This document shows, one piece after another, positions 17,425 to 27,200 of a stretch of 64,000 nucleotides of DNA. The position numbers and the translations under genes were made by a program. Location of the stretch: NCBI GenBank assembly GCA_934373635.1, contig CAKROZ010000002.1, forward strand, positions 123,540 to 187,539, written 5' to 3'. How positions within the stretch are numbered: the stretch's first letter is position 1; the number at the start of each line of letters is the position of its first letter. The stretch is from an uncultured Eubacteriales bacterium. Its GTDB lineage: Bacteria > Bacillota > Clostridia > Oscillospirales > CAG-272. The notes beneath the pieces are model-generated. The model ran no database searches and was not told the origin of the DNA. It was given only the letters and a program-made list of their open reading frames with translations.

Positions 17425-18231
17425 ATGAAAGAATTCGGTATTCAGCTTTGGTCCATTCGTAAAGAGTTCACCACACCCGAGAGCACGCGCAATGCCTTCC
17501 AGAAAATACACGAGTACGGCTACACGCTTGCACAAACCGCCGGCACTTATGATTATATCTCCCCCGAGGAATTCAGAAAATATGCCGATGAGGCCAACGT
17601 TCGTCTTGTCTCCACCCATTATAATTTTCCTCGCATCTGCGAGGACGTGGAAGGCACCGCCAGATATCATAAGATTCTCGGCGCGACGGAAATCGGCATC
17701 GGTGGCTTTGCAACACCCGATTTCGAGTCACTGAAAAATTTCATCAAAAAATTCAACGAAATGGCAAAAATTTACTATAACAACTACGGCTACAAACTTG
17801 TCTACCACAACCATTCGGGCGAGTTCTCAAACCAATTTTTTGAAATTGAAGGCAAGCGCAAGTATGACTACCTCATGGAAGAATTCGACCCGGAGACAAC
17901 AGGCTTCAATGTCGATGCCTATTGGGCGCAGGTTGCCGGAATTGATGTACGCGCTCTTCTTGAACGCCTTTCCGGACGGGTAGATTGCCTTCACCTCAAG
18001 GACTGTGAGGCAAACCACGAATTTCACCTGGAAGACGGCAAAATTCTTCGCGGACCCGAATGTATTGAAATCGGACGGGGCACGATGAATTTCCCCGAGC
18101 TTATCAAGACAGCAGAAAAGATAGGTGTCAAATACTTCGTTGTCGAGGACGAAGTATATTCTACGGGAGTACCGCTTGAATCGGCGAAAATGAGCGCTGA
18201 CTATATCAAAGCACATCTCCTCGAAAAATAA
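17425..18231 (+). CDS. Sugar phosphate isomerase/epimerase (xylose isomerase-like TIM barrel)
   Basis: The length and motifs (YHNHSGEF, HLKD) are typical of the AP_endonuc_2 / xylose isomerase-like family. Confidence 0.65.
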   Translation: MKEFGIQLWSIRKEFTTPESTRNAFQKIHEYGYTLAQTAGTYDYISPEEFRKYADEANVRLVSTHYNFPRICEDVEGTARYHKILGATEIGIGGFATPDFESLKNFIKKFNEMAKIYYNNYGYKLVYHNHSGEFSNQFFEIEGKRKYDYLMEEFDPETTGFNVDAYWAQVAGIDVRALLERLSGRVDCLHLKDCEANHEFHLEDGKILRGPECIEIGRGTMNFPELIKTAEKIGVKYFVVEDEVYSTGVPLESAKMSADYIKAHLLEK

Positions 18232-18306
18232 TTCTTCTCGCAGTTGTAACCAACCCGTTACAGCACACATATGCTTTCAATGAAACGAGGTGAACGGATA
18301 TTTGAC

Positions 18307-18633
18307 ATGAAAATGATCACCGCAATTATCAACAAAAGAGATGCATCCTTCGTTTCTGATGCGTTGAAGGACGGCGGTTTTAGTTTTACTAAAATTGCTA
18401 CCTCGGGTGGCTTTCTCCAAGACGGAAATACTACACTGCTCATCGGAACACCCGATGACAAAGTGGACAACGCACTGTCGATCATTCGTCACAATTGTGC
18501 GAAGCGCACCGCGGCAATGCCCGCCGTGACGCCCGATGCACGCACTGCGGGCGGGACTGTAAGAGTTGCCGAAATAACTGTCGGCGGAGCAACAGTATTC
18601 GTGACCGATGTGTTGCACTTCGAGAAAATGTAG
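18307..18633 (+). CDS. darA: Cyclic-di-AMP receptor protein DarA/PstA (PII-like)
   Basis: MKMITAIINKRD...FTKIATSGGFLQDGNTTLLIG...VGGATVFV aligns closely with B. subtilis DarA (YaaQ) as I recall it. Confidence 0.8.
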   Translation: MKMITAIINKRDASFVSDALKDGGFSFTKIATSGGFLQDGNTTLLIGTPDDKVDNALSIIRHNCAKRTAAMPAVTPDARTAGGTVRVAEITVGGATVFVTDVLHFEKM

Positions 18634-18667
18634 AGAATTGTGAATCAAGAAGGATGAATTATGAATT
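18633..18667 (+). repeat. AT-rich heptamer array, copy b (GAGAATT GTGAATC AAGAAGG ATGAATT ATGAATT)
   Basis: It starts inside the darA stop codon, with five in-register 7-bp units. Confidence 0.7.
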
Positions 18668-18772
18668 TTGCTTTTTGCGGGAAGATTGCGCCTGTTTCCC
18701 GACATAAAGCGACGGAGATTTTCTTGATTCGATCCTTCTTTGATCTTGATGATCCTTCGCTATTTCCATTAC

Positions 18773-18829
18773 AAAAGGGGCTGTCGCAAATAGGTCTTTG
18801 AAATACCTATTTGCGACAGCCCCTTTTTT
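18773..18829. terminator. Long bidirectional hairpin terminator
   Basis: AAAAGGGGCTGTCGCAAATAGG-N11-CCTATTTGCGACAGCCCCTTTT is a 22-bp stem, lying 6 nt from the asnS stop. Confidence 0.85.
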
Positions 18830-18834
18830 CCAAA

Positions 18835-20229
18835 TCAATACTCGGCGTTACCCACTGTCCGCGGATACGGAATGACATCGCGAATATTCGACACACCTGT
18901 CAGATACATAATGATACGCTCAAAGCCGAGACCGTATCCCGCGTGTTTGGTTCCTCCGTACTTCCGCAGATTCAGATACCACCAATAATCCTCTTCCTTG
19001 AGGGAGAGCTCCGCCATGCGTGCCTTCAGAACGTCGAGACGCTCCTCACGCTGCGAGCCGCCGATGATCTCGCCGACGCCGGGCACCAGAAGGTCCATTG
19101 CCGCGACGGTCTTCCCATCATCGTTGAGACGCATATAGAATGCCTTGATCTCCTTCGGGTAATCCACGAGGAAGATCGGCTTTTTGTACACCTGTTCGGT
19201 CAGATACCGCTCATGCTCGGTCTGCAGGTCCACGCCCCAATAGACGGGGTATTTGAATTCCTGACCCGATTTCAACAGGATGTCGATCGCCTCGGTATAG
19301 GTAACCTTGGCGTACTCGGCGTTTTTCAGGGCGTTGAGCCTTGCGAGCAAACCGTTGTCGACGAATTTATCGAAGAAGGCAAGCTCTGCGGCGCATTTCT
19401 CCGTCACGTGCGTGATGATGTGACGGATCATATCCCATGCGAGCGCCATATCGTCGTCGAGGTCGGCAAAGGCGATCTCCGGTTCGATCATCCAGAATTC
19501 CGCGGCGTGGCGCGCGGTGTTGGAATTCTCCGCACGGAAGGTTGGACCGAAGGTGTAGATGTTGCCGAACGCCATGGCGTAAGTCTCACCCTCGAGCTGT
19601 CCCGAAACGGTGAGGTTCGTGCTCTTGCCGAAAAAGTCCTTCGAAAAATCGATATGTCCGTCCTCGGTGCGCGGCGGGTTCTCGAGATCCAGCGTGGTGA
19701 CGCGGAACATCTCGCCCGCGCCCTCACAGTCGGAGCCTGTAATCAGGGGGGTGTGCACATAGACGAAGCCGCGGGAGTGGAAGAAATCGTGAATGGCGAA
19801 GGCGACCTCACTGCGCACGCGGAAGACGGCGGAGAAAAGGTTCGTCCGCGGGCGAAGATACGCCTGCTCCCGCAGGAATTCCACGGTATGCCGTTTCGGC
19901 TGGAGGGGGTAATCGGGGGTCGAGGTGCCCTCTACGGCGATCTCCGTCGCTTTCAGCTCGAAGGACTGTTTTGCCCCCGGGGTCAGAGTCAGGATGCCCG
20001 TCACGACCAATGCCGCGCCGATGTTCTGTGCGGCGATCTCGTCGTAATTCTCTAATTTCTCCCTCTCGAACACGACCTGCAGGCTCTTGAAGCAGGAGCC
20101 GTCGTTCAGATCGATGAAGCCGAATGCCTTGGAATCTCTGAGATTCCGCACCCAACCGCCGAGCGTCACGCTCTTACCGCCGAAGCGCCCGGGCACCGCA
20201 TAGATGTGGGAGATCAATTCTCTTTCCAT
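18835..20229 (-). CDS. asnS: Asparagine--tRNA ligase
   Basis: Class IIb motifs are present ([38 protein letters not shown]), along with an N-terminal OB fold. Confidence 0.9.
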   Translation of the reverse strand: MERELISHIYAVPGRFGGKSVTLGGWVRNLRDSKAFGFIDLNDGSCFKSLQVVFEREKLENYDEIAAQNIGAALVVTGILTLTPGAKQSFELKATEIAVEGTSTPDYPLQPKRHTVEFLREQAYLRPRTNLFSAVFRVRSEVAFAIHDFFHSRGFVYVHTPLITGSDCEGAGEMFRVTTLDLENPPRTEDGHIDFSKDFFGKSTNLTVSGQLEGETYAMAFGNIYTFGPTFRAENSNTARHAAEFWMIEPEIAFADLDDDMALAWDMIRHIITHVTEKCAAELAFFDKFVDNGLLARLNALKNAEYAKVTYTEAIDILLKSGQEFKYPVYWGVDLQTEHERYLTEQVYKKPIFLVDYPKEIKAFYMRLNDDGKTVAAMDLLVPGVGEIIGGSQREERLDVLKARMAELSLKEEDYWWYLNLRKYGGTKHAGYGLGFERIIMYLTGVSNIRDVIPYPRTVGNAEY

Positions 20230-20313
20230 GTCTGTTTCCTTCCGACGCCGAAGTTTCCGGCGTCTTTTCCCTTTTTGTCATAGCATAACCGCATTTGATC
20301 GTTTATTACATAG

Positions 20314-20342
20314 AGTATACCATAACGCGCGCGTTTTTTCAA
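20314..20342 (-). promoter_or_regulatory. SigmaA-type promoter for asnS (TTGAAA-17-TATACT on the minus strand)
   Basis: The reverse complement was read directly. The leader is ~85 nt with one small hairpin, too short for a T-box. Confidence 0.55.
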
Positions 20343-20547
20343 TGCCTTCGGGAAATTTTTACAAATTTTTCAGAAAATCAACTTCGCAATCAATGCAGAG
20401 TAAGAAAACTGCGATACTGCCATTTTTCGGTGGTCGTAATTTGAGCGAACGAATTTGCTGCCACACATTTTATTTTCCTTAAATCAAAAAAGGGGGGCGG
20501 AAAATCCCGAGGAATTCCATCCCCCCTTCTGTTTTGATAGAAGTGTT

Positions 20548-22803
20548 TCAATAGTTTTCTTTGGTGATCCACGCAATTACGCCAACGATAGCCTTCGGGG
20601 CGGCGGCATAAGAGAGATCTAATGCGGCGTCGGTTTCACGCTCAAACATTTCATTCATCTGCGCGACGCCTTGGTTATATTCCATCACCGCCTGTACAAG
20701 ATAGGTCTCGGCGTCGATGACGCCTTCGTAAGTCTTATCCTGAAGGGAGGCAAGCGCGACGCGAGCGCGCATAATCAAGACCGCACGTTCAGAGAGATCG
20801 CTCGTCTTTTTCAAAATGGCGACAGAGGTCAAAACCAGCTTGCTGTTTCCTTCCCAAAGAACCACTTCTGCCTCAACGGACGAGAAGGCAATGTTCGCTT
20901 CCACAACCCCGTCGACGGTCAAAAGATCATCCGCGACGCGAAGCGCTCTCGTCTGTTCAAGAAGTTCCTTTTTCCCATGGATGGTACCTACCGCTTTCAA
21001 CTTGTTTACCGCTTTGATATATTCGGCGATCGCCATCCTATCTGCCTCGATCGATTGGCTCATTTCTTCAATTTTGTCGACAGCACACCTAACAGAATTT
21101 GTATAGTCAACGCTTTTATCAGGCGTCCCCGCGCGAATGTACTCAATTTCAAAAAGATTACCGTCGGTGCTCTTCATCAGCTTTTCCGCGCTCATAATAC
21201 ATCCGAGACGAGAGCTCCGCTCGGTAGCGTAAACGGCACGGGAAACAAATGAGAGAAAGGACTCATTATAAGCCACAATGTCATCAAAATATTGTGTCCG
21301 CGACATGTATAGCGCAATCGCATCGGCAACAGGGTGAATAATTTCGCCATCCTCGCCCACCACGAAATAAGAAAGATCGTCGTAATAAGAATTTCTTGCA
21401 GTAGTATATGCCGCATAACGGGTAGCAAAAGTTTTCTCTTCGTCGGCAAGAAGAAGAACAGCCGAGAGAAAAGCAGACGCCTTTTCTTGCGCATTATGTT
21501 TCAATGCGCAAATCCGATCATAAACGGGCACACAAGCTTCAACGCCCGGGTAGGTTTTATCCGGATGAACGCCTTCAAGAGTTTTCAAAATATCGGAATA
21601 GCCCGCGTAATCAAGCCTCGCGGGAACGATATCACACAGGGTGTGAAGAAAAAGCTCGGCATCGGTGTGAATTTTTTCCACCGCGGTGCTCTCGGCATGA
21701 TACTTTTTCAAAGCGATGCCATATTCGGAATCGTCATCGGGATCATCCATGCCTACCGCCAAAATGACGTCGTGGATGTCGTTCATCTCATTGACGAAAG
21801 CAAGGCGCTCTTCGTAGGATTTTTCTGTATCAATCTTCTCCACCGCACGGATCATCTTCTTTGTATAGAAGGTTACTGCAAAAGCGGTATAATGCTCTTT
21901 CTCTCCCATGGAAGCGCCTCCATAAAGCGCCTCATAGGCAAGGGTACCTTTCGTCAAGGTAAAAGCAGGAGAAAGAATAAGAGTGTGAAGAGTGGAAATA
22001 ATTGCTTCTTTCTCCGCGTCGGAGGTTGTCTCGGTATTATAACGATTCACGAGATCAAGGACGGCTTCTTCCGTCTTCATCTGTTTCTCTTCAAAAGTAC
22101 GAAGAAAGGTGCCGAAATAAACCTCGGCATAATCGAGAGTAACCGTAACGCCATTGTTCACCTTTGTCGGAAGACGAAGCGCCAATTCACTCGCTGACGT
22201 GAGATCCGGCGTCGAAATCGTGATCTCGCTTTCTGTCCCGCCGTCCGTTTCCTCGGTGAGTTTCAACGTCACGGTTCTTGCCTCTTTGTCGTAGAAAGTA
22301 GAAAGAGTATAAAAAGTCCCTGCGATAAGAATCATATCGGGAATCGTCGCGGTAATCGGCATGGCGTTCTTATCTGTCAGAGTGTATGTAGTCGTGCCTT
22401 CGGAAGAATCAAAGGCGAAGACGACGTGAGGTGTCTCGCTTTCATCTCCGATGTCAAGCAAGATTCGACCGACATTATCCCCATCAATGCGAAAACGAAA
22501 ATTCGCGCCGAAACTGTCCTTTAACGAGGGAACCACATAAGAAACGTTAGTGGAGGCTTGCATTGCAATGATAGCAGTTCCGTCGCGAAAATCAAACGAT
22601 TCCGGTCTCTGCACATTCAGCAGCTTTGCGTCCTCCGCGGAGTCGAAGGAATCGAAAGCGAAGGCTTTTGTCGTATCATAGTATTCGAGAATGTCGACAA
22701 TCTTCCCGTTCCCCACTTTAGCAAAAGACGTGACGCAAAAGCAGGAGATGAGGACAGTCATCGTCACGCACGCGAGGAAGAGCTTCTTCACCTTTTTTTT
22801 CAT
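20548..22803 (-). CDS. Secreted hypothetical protein (signal peptide, jelly-roll-like N-terminal part, helical C-terminal part), low G+C
   Basis: MKKKVKKLFLACVTMTVLISCFCVTSFAKV is a Sec signal, preceded by AAGGAG. I recognise no motifs. The codon composition is AT-richer than in the neighbours. Confidence 0.6.
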   Translation of the reverse strand: MKKKVKKLFLACVTMTVLISCFCVTSFAKVGNGKIVDILEYYDTTKAFAFDSFDSAEDAKLLNVQRPESFDFRDGTAIIAMQASTNVSYVVPSLKDSFGANFRFRIDGDNVGRILLDIGDESETPHVVFAFDSSEGTTTYTLTDKNAMPITATIPDMILIAGTFYTLSTFYDKEARTVTLKLTEETDGGTESEITISTPDLTSASELALRLPTKVNNGVTVTLDYAEVYFGTFLRTFEEKQMKTEEAVLDLVNRYNTETTSDAEKEAIISTLHTLILSPAFTLTKGTLAYEALYGGASMGEKEHYTAFAVTFYTKKMIRAVEKIDTEKSYEERLAFVNEMNDIHDVILAVGMDDPDDDSEYGIALKKYHAESTAVEKIHTDAELFLHTLCDIVPARLDYAGYSDILKTLEGVHPDKTYPGVEACVPVYDRICALKHNAQEKASAFLSAVLLLADEEKTFATRYAAYTTARNSYYDDLSYFVVGEDGEIIHPVADAIALYMSRTQYFDDIVAYNESFLSFVSRAVYATERSSRLGCIMSAEKLMKSTDGNLFEIEYIRAGTPDKSVDYTNSVRCAVDKIEEMSQSIEADRMAIAEYIKAVNKLKAVGTIHGKKELLEQTRALRVADDLLTVDGVVEANIAFSSVEAEVVLWEGNSKLVLTSVAILKKTSDLSERAVLIMRARVALASLQDKTYEGVIDAETYLVQAVMEYNQGVAQMNEMFERETDAALDLSYAAAPKAIVGVIAWITKENY

Positions 22804-23078
22804 GGCAGTCTCCTTGTGCACCCCCGAGGGGGAGATGTATATAAGTATATATATATTATATCATTCTGTTTTTCAAAAATCAACTTGGCAATATGGCAAA
22901 AAATCGGCAAAAAATTTGTTGCATTTGCACAATAAAAGTAACAGTTCGAAACATCAGAAAACTTGCAAAGACGCTCTGTGGTAACAAAAATATCCGACGG
23001 AAGTTCTTTCACAAAAGGCAAGGAGCAAACAGCCACCCGATGCGAAGGAGCGATATACGAGGCGACCTCACCGCAGGG

Positions 23079-23930
23079 TTAAGAGTTTTCTCTTGTCTTG
23101 ACGACGGCTTTGCCCTCGTCGCGGCGGTGCTCGTCGAAGATGATCTCCCCGATGCTGTCGGCGACGATCTTTCCGCAGAGGGGGTTCTTTACGCTGTCGA
23201 TGGTTCCCTTGACGTCGGCGTCGACCTCGGAATACTCGAAGGAGAGGTCACACCCTTCCATCGTGCAGTTCTCGAGGATCAAGCCCTTCGCATAGCAGAG
23301 GGGTTGCGTCCCGCCGATTTTACAGTTGACAAGGCGCAGATTCTTCGCGTACCATGCGAGATATTCGCCCTTGACGACGCTGTTATAGACTGTGACGTTC
23401 TCGGTCTCCCAAAAGGCATCCTTGGTATCGAGGACGCTATCGTAGATCGTGACGTTCTTACAATACTGGAAGGAATACTTTCCGTGGAGGGTGACATTGC
23501 GCAGGACAACGTTTTCACTATGGAGAAGGAAGTATTCTCCCGTGATCTCGGTATCCTCGATCGTCAGGTTGCGGCAAAACCAACCGAATTCCGGGCTGAC
23601 GGCGTGACTGCCCGAGATTGTGATGTTCTCACATTCCCGCACCGCCTTGATCCCGAGGAGGTCGGAATCCTTAATGCAGACATCCTTCGCATACCAGAGC
23701 GCGGCACGGCAGGTATCGCGCAGGGTGCAGTGCGAGATCTCGGCATTCGTCATATGCCAAAAGGGATAGCGCAGAGCGAAGTCCGAGGAGCGCACGGTGA
23801 CGTCGTGGCTCTCCTTCAGGGCAGATTCCCCGTCGGCAGGTCCCGCGAAGCGGCAATTCTCAACGGTGGCGTCGGAGAGTGCATAGAGGGCGCGCTCTTC
23901 GTCAAAGGTTGTTTCTCTGATCTGTTTCAT
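23079..23930 (-). CDS. DUF3737-family protein (parallel beta-helix repeats)
   Basis: MKQIRETTFDEERALYALSDATVENCRFAGPADGESALKES..., with repeated ~22-aa N/V/T-rich turns, matches my memory of DUF3737. Confidence 0.6.
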   Translation of the reverse strand: MKQIRETTFDEERALYALSDATVENCRFAGPADGESALKESHDVTVRSSDFALRYPFWHMTNAEISHCTLRDTCRAALWYAKDVCIKDSDLLGIKAVRECENITISGSHAVSPEFGWFCRNLTIEDTEITGEYFLLHSENVVLRNVTLHGKYSFQYCKNVTIYDSVLDTKDAFWETENVTVYNSVVKGEYLAWYAKNLRLVNCKIGGTQPLCYAKGLILENCTMEGCDLSFEYSEVDADVKGTIDSVKNPLCGKIVADSIGEIIFDEHRRDEGKAVVKTRENS

Positions 23931-24041
23931 GATTTCCTCGCATTTGTTATCAAACTATCCGAAGTATAGCACAGATCGGGGAGAAAATCAAGGCACTTTG
24001 CGAAAATCCGCGCGCTTTCGGAAAAATCTTCCCTGCCCCTC

Positions 24042-24070
24042 TTGTTTTTTTGTGTCCGCCGTGCTATACT
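24042..24070 (+). promoter_or_regulatory. SigmaA-type promoter (TTGTTT-17-TATACT) driving the THF riboswitch
   Basis: Read directly. The predicted transcription start lies ~12 nt before the aptamer. Confidence 0.5.
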
Positions 24071-24088
24071 GGTATCAACATTTCAAAA

Positions 24089-24196
24089 GCAGAGTAGGGT
24101 CACGAGCGTGAGTGCCGTGCGGACGGGGAGTTGCCGCACGGACGAATTGGGGAAGCTTTTTTCTTTCCCTGCGGTTCGTCACCCGCATCCCGCTGT
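24089..24196 (+). promoter_or_regulatory. THF (tetrahydrofolate) riboswitch aptamer
   Basis: AGAGUAGGGUCACGAGCGUGAGUGCCGUGCGGACGGGGAGUUGCCGCACGGACGAA...CCCUGCGGUUCGUCACCCGCAUCCCGCU matches the conserved GAGUAG / GCGUnAGUG / GGGA / ACGAA / GCGG / GCAUCCGCU blocks of the folT motif as I recall them. A hairpin with a short U tract (24220-24250) follows. The downstream gene is a folate transporter. Confidence 0.75.
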
Positions 24197-24292
24197 TTCT
24201 CGGTGGCACCTTTCATAAAAAACCGGCGATTTTTTCGTCGGTCTTTTCCCTCCGTGAACAGAGATGAATCTGTCGAAACGGAGGTATTTTTT

Positions 24293-26116
24293 ATGATTCG
24301 AAACAAACACAAACTTCCCCTCTTCCCTCTGATCTTCACCGCGGTCATGGTCGCGGCGAGCGTCATCCTCTGCCGATTTCTCGGCTTTTCCCCCTCGAAT
24401 TCGACGGTCAGATTCGACCTCGGATTTCTCCCGCTTGCCGTAGTGGGAGAGCTCTACGGTTTTCCGTACAGCGGCATCGGCTATCTGCTCGCGGACATCA
24501 TCGGTTCCCTCCTGCACGGCTATGCGCCGAACCCGTATATCAGTGCGTGCAAGCTGCTCACGGGGGTGTTCATGGGTGTAGGCTTTTACCGAAAGAAGGT
24601 GACACTGCTCCGCTCCTTCGTCGTCTTTTTCCTCAACGCCGTCATTGTCGGGGTGGGACTCATGCCGCCGATCTTCATTTTCGTCTATGCGTACACCCCC
24701 GAGGTGGCTTACGTCACGCGGGCGATCAATGCGGCGGTGACGATACCGGTACGGGTATTTACCTTCTATTTTCTTTGGAAAGCGTGCGGAGGAATGTTAA
24801 CAAATATGAAAAAAAGACAAGAATCCTTTACAAATCGCGAGAAAAACGGGCAGGCGGAGACGTTTCGCTCCTTTGCCAACAGCTTTCAGGCGGTGACGGT
24901 CCCGGGGCTTTCCCGCATCCGTGCGTTGCTCGACGCGCTCGGGAATCCCGAGAAGGGTCTCCGCTTCATCCACATTGCGGGGACGAACGGAAAGGGGTCG
25001 GTGGCGGCGGATGTCGCATCGATCTTGGATGTCGCAGGGTACCGTGTCGGCAAGTACACCTCACCGAACCTTCTGCGCGTGAACGAGCGCATCGCGGTGA
25101 ACGGTCGGGAGATCTCCGACGAAGCGCTCGAAGCGCTGCTCGAGAGGATCCGCCCGCTCGCCGACAAGGTACGGGCGGAGAGCGGGATTCCTCCGACACA
25201 GTTTGAGATCTGGACCGCCGCGGCATTCGTTTATTTTGCCGAGGAGAAATGCGACTATGTGGTGCTCGAGGTGGGGCTCGGCGGCGAGTTCGACGCGACG
25301 AACGTGATCCCCCGAAACGAGATCGCCGTGATCTCTCGTCTCGGGATGGATCATATGCAATACCTCGGCAACACGCTCTCCGACATTGCGCGCGCGAAGT
25401 GCGGAATTCTGAAAAGCGACTCGGCAACGCATCTTCTCGTCACGCCCGCGCAGGAACCCGAAGCGATGGCGGTCATCCGTGCGGCGTGTGAGGAAAAGGG
25501 TGTGACCTTGTGCGTGGCGGAGCCGATCTCCGAAGGCGCGGTGGGGTACCTTGAGCGCTTTTCGGTCGGGAAATACAAGCATCTGCTGACAGGAATTCCC
25601 GGGTATCATCAGGTCGAGAATGCGGCGATCGCCGTGACGGTGTGCGACGCGCTCGGCATCCCGGAGGAGGCGATCCGAAGCGGTCTTTCGAAGGCGAGGA
25701 ACCCCGCCCGCTTTGAGATCCTGCGGGAGAATCCGACAGTGATCTATGACGGCGGACACAACGAAAACGGAATCCGCGCGCTCGTCGCTTCCCTCTCCCG
25801 CTATTTTCCGGACGAGGAAAAGTCGGTGATCTTCGCCTGCATGGCGGACAAGGAGACCGACACCTCCCTCTCCCTTCTCTCCGAGGGGACGGCGCACTTT
25901 TTCTTCACCGAGGTGAAGGACAATCCGCGCGCGCTTTCGGCAGAGGGGCTCGCCGAACGGGCGGCGGCGCTCGGGATCCGCGGCACAGTGTGCAAGACGG
26001 TGGGCGAAGCCTACGAGGCGGCGGTCGCCGAGGGACGTCTGACCGTGATCTGCGGGTCGCTCTATCTCTACCGAGATCTGATGCTCTATCTGAACACAAA
26101 GCACCGCGGAAATTAA
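24293..26116 (+). CDS. folC: In-frame fusion of a folate-family ECF transporter S component (FolT) and folylpolyglutamate synthase/dihydrofolate synthase (FolC)
   Basis: ATG 24293 lies 9 nt after GGAGG. Residues ~1-170 are hydrophobic and FolT-like (RFDLGFLPLAVVGELYG...). From ~175 the sequence is FolC-like (GLSRIRALLDALGNPEKGLRFIHIAGTNGKGS, the Mur-ligase P-loop). No stop separates the two parts. Confidence 0.8.
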   Translation: MIRNKHKLPLFPLIFTAVMVAASVILCRFLGFSPSNSTVRFDLGFLPLAVVGELYGFPYSGIGYLLADIIGSLLHGYAPNPYISACKLLTGVFMGVGFYRKKVTLLRSFVVFFLNAVIVGVGLMPPIFIFVYAYTPEVAYVTRAINAAVTIPVRVFTFYFLWKACGGMLTNMKKRQESFTNREKNGQAETFRSFANSFQAVTVPGLSRIRALLDALGNPEKGLRFIHIAGTNGKGSVAADVASILDVAGYRVGKYTSPNLLRVNERIAVNGREISDEALEALLERIRPLADKVRAESGIPPTQFEIWTAAAFVYFAEEKCDYVVLEVGLGGEFDATNVIPRNEIAVISRLGMDHMQYLGNTLSDIARAKCGILKSDSATHLLVTPAQEPEAMAVIRAACEEKGVTLCVAEPISEGAVGYLERFSVGKYKHLLTGIPGYHQVENAAIAVTVCDALGIPEEAIRSGLSKARNPARFEILRENPTVIYDGGHNENGIRALVASLSRYFPDEEKSVIFACMADKETDTSLSLLSEGTAHFFFTEVKDNPRALSAEGLAERAAALGIRGTVCKTVGEAYEAAVAEGRLTVICGSLYLYRDLMLYLNTKHRGN

Positions 26117-26132
26117 CCCTTTTCAAAGTAAA

Positions 26133-26173
26133 AAAACGGCACCTGCGCACCCCGTGACAGGTTGCCGTTTTTG
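26133..26173 (+). terminator. Rho-independent terminator
   Basis: AACGGCACCTG...CAGGTTGCCGTT followed by a T run. Confidence 0.65.
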
Positions 26174-26283
26174 TTAAAATGCTGCTTTTATGATGTGAAG
26201 CGGGAGAGCGGGATTTTTCTTTTCTCATATACTGACGGTGGAGGGATTTTCTCTCCGAGAAAAGAAAAAACAAGGAGTGTTTT

Positions 26284-27138
26284 ATGGCAACCTTCACGAA
26301 TCAGGCTCAGCTCTCCTACGGCGGAAACGTCGTCAACTCCAACATCACGACGGGCGAGATCGTCAGTACGCTCTCCATGACGAAGACCGCGCTCACGCGC
26401 ACGTATCGTCCGGGCGAGAGGATCACCTACGTCCTCTCCGTCGTCAACAGCGGGATCGCCGCCGTCGACGGTGCGACGCTGACCGACGATCTCGGCGCTT
26501 ACACCTTCGGTACGGGGACGCTCGTCCCCCTCACCTATGTGGCGGGGTCTGCCCGCGCGTTCCTCAACGGGGTCCCCGCCGCCGACCCGACGGTCACTGC
26601 GGGTCCTCCGCTCGTGTTCAGCGGTCTCTCGATCCCTGCGGGCGGCAATCTGCTTCTTATCTATGAGGCGGAGGCGAACGAATTCGCACCGCTCGGCACG
26701 GGTGCCGGCACCGTCAATACGGCGACGCTCACCGCGGCGGGTATCACGACCCCCGTCACGGCAACCGAGACCGTCACGCCGAACACGGCGGCAAGCCTTG
26801 CAATCCGCAAGGATATCTCGCCCGTGCCCGTGAACGAAAACGGAACGCTGACTTACACCTTTACTCTGCTCAATTACGGCACGGTCGCCACCGATGCGGC
26901 AGACAATGTGACCCTGACCGACACCTTCAATCCCGCGCTTACGAATCTTGTCGCGACGCTTAACGGTGCGGCACTTGCCGCGACGACCGACTACACCTAC
27001 AACGAGGGAACCGGGCTCTTCGCCACCGTCCCCGGAAGAATCACGATCCCTGCCGCGACCTACGTGCAGAACCCGACGACGGGTGCCTACACGCTCACGC
27101 CCGGGACTGCGACGCTCGTCGTCAGCGGAACCATCTGA
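26284..27138 (+). CDS. DUF11 ('conserved repeat domain') protein without a recognisable signal peptide
   Basis: MATFTNQAQLSYGGNVV..., with two T/V/A/G-rich beta-sandwich-like repeats (LTYTFTLLNYGTVATDA...). AAGGAG precedes the ATG. Confidence 0.6.
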   Translation: MATFTNQAQLSYGGNVVNSNITTGEIVSTLSMTKTALTRTYRPGERITYVLSVVNSGIAAVDGATLTDDLGAYTFGTGTLVPLTYVAGSARAFLNGVPAADPTVTAGPPLVFSGLSIPAGGNLLLIYEAEANEFAPLGTGAGTVNTATLTAAGITTPVTATETVTPNTAASLAIRKDISPVPVNENGTLTYTFTLLNYGTVATDAADNVTLTDTFNPALTNLVATLNGAALAATTDYTYNEGTGLFATVPGRITIPAATYVQNPTTGAYTLTPGTATLVVSGTI

Positions 27139-27160
27139 CCTTTTCCTCTTTTTCCCGCTA

Positions 27161-27200
27161 AAAACCCCCGCCCGTCGGGAAACCGACGGGCGGGGGGTTT
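27161..27200. terminator. Strong hairpin terminator
   Basis: AACCCCCGCCCGTCGG-GAAA-CCGACGGGCGGGGGGTT. Confidence 0.85.

Noticed and set aside
20230-20345. A T-box riboswitch upstream of asnS
   Set aside because: The leader between the TTGAAA-17-TATACT promoter and the start codon is only ~85 nt with one small hairpin. I found no specifier-loop or T-box (AGGGUGGNACCGCG-like) sequence.
24131-24292. The N-terminal 54 codons of the 661-aa ORF upstream of FolT
   Set aside because: This stretch is the THF riboswitch and its terminator-like hairpin read as protein. The real start is ATG 24293, 9 nt after GGAGG.
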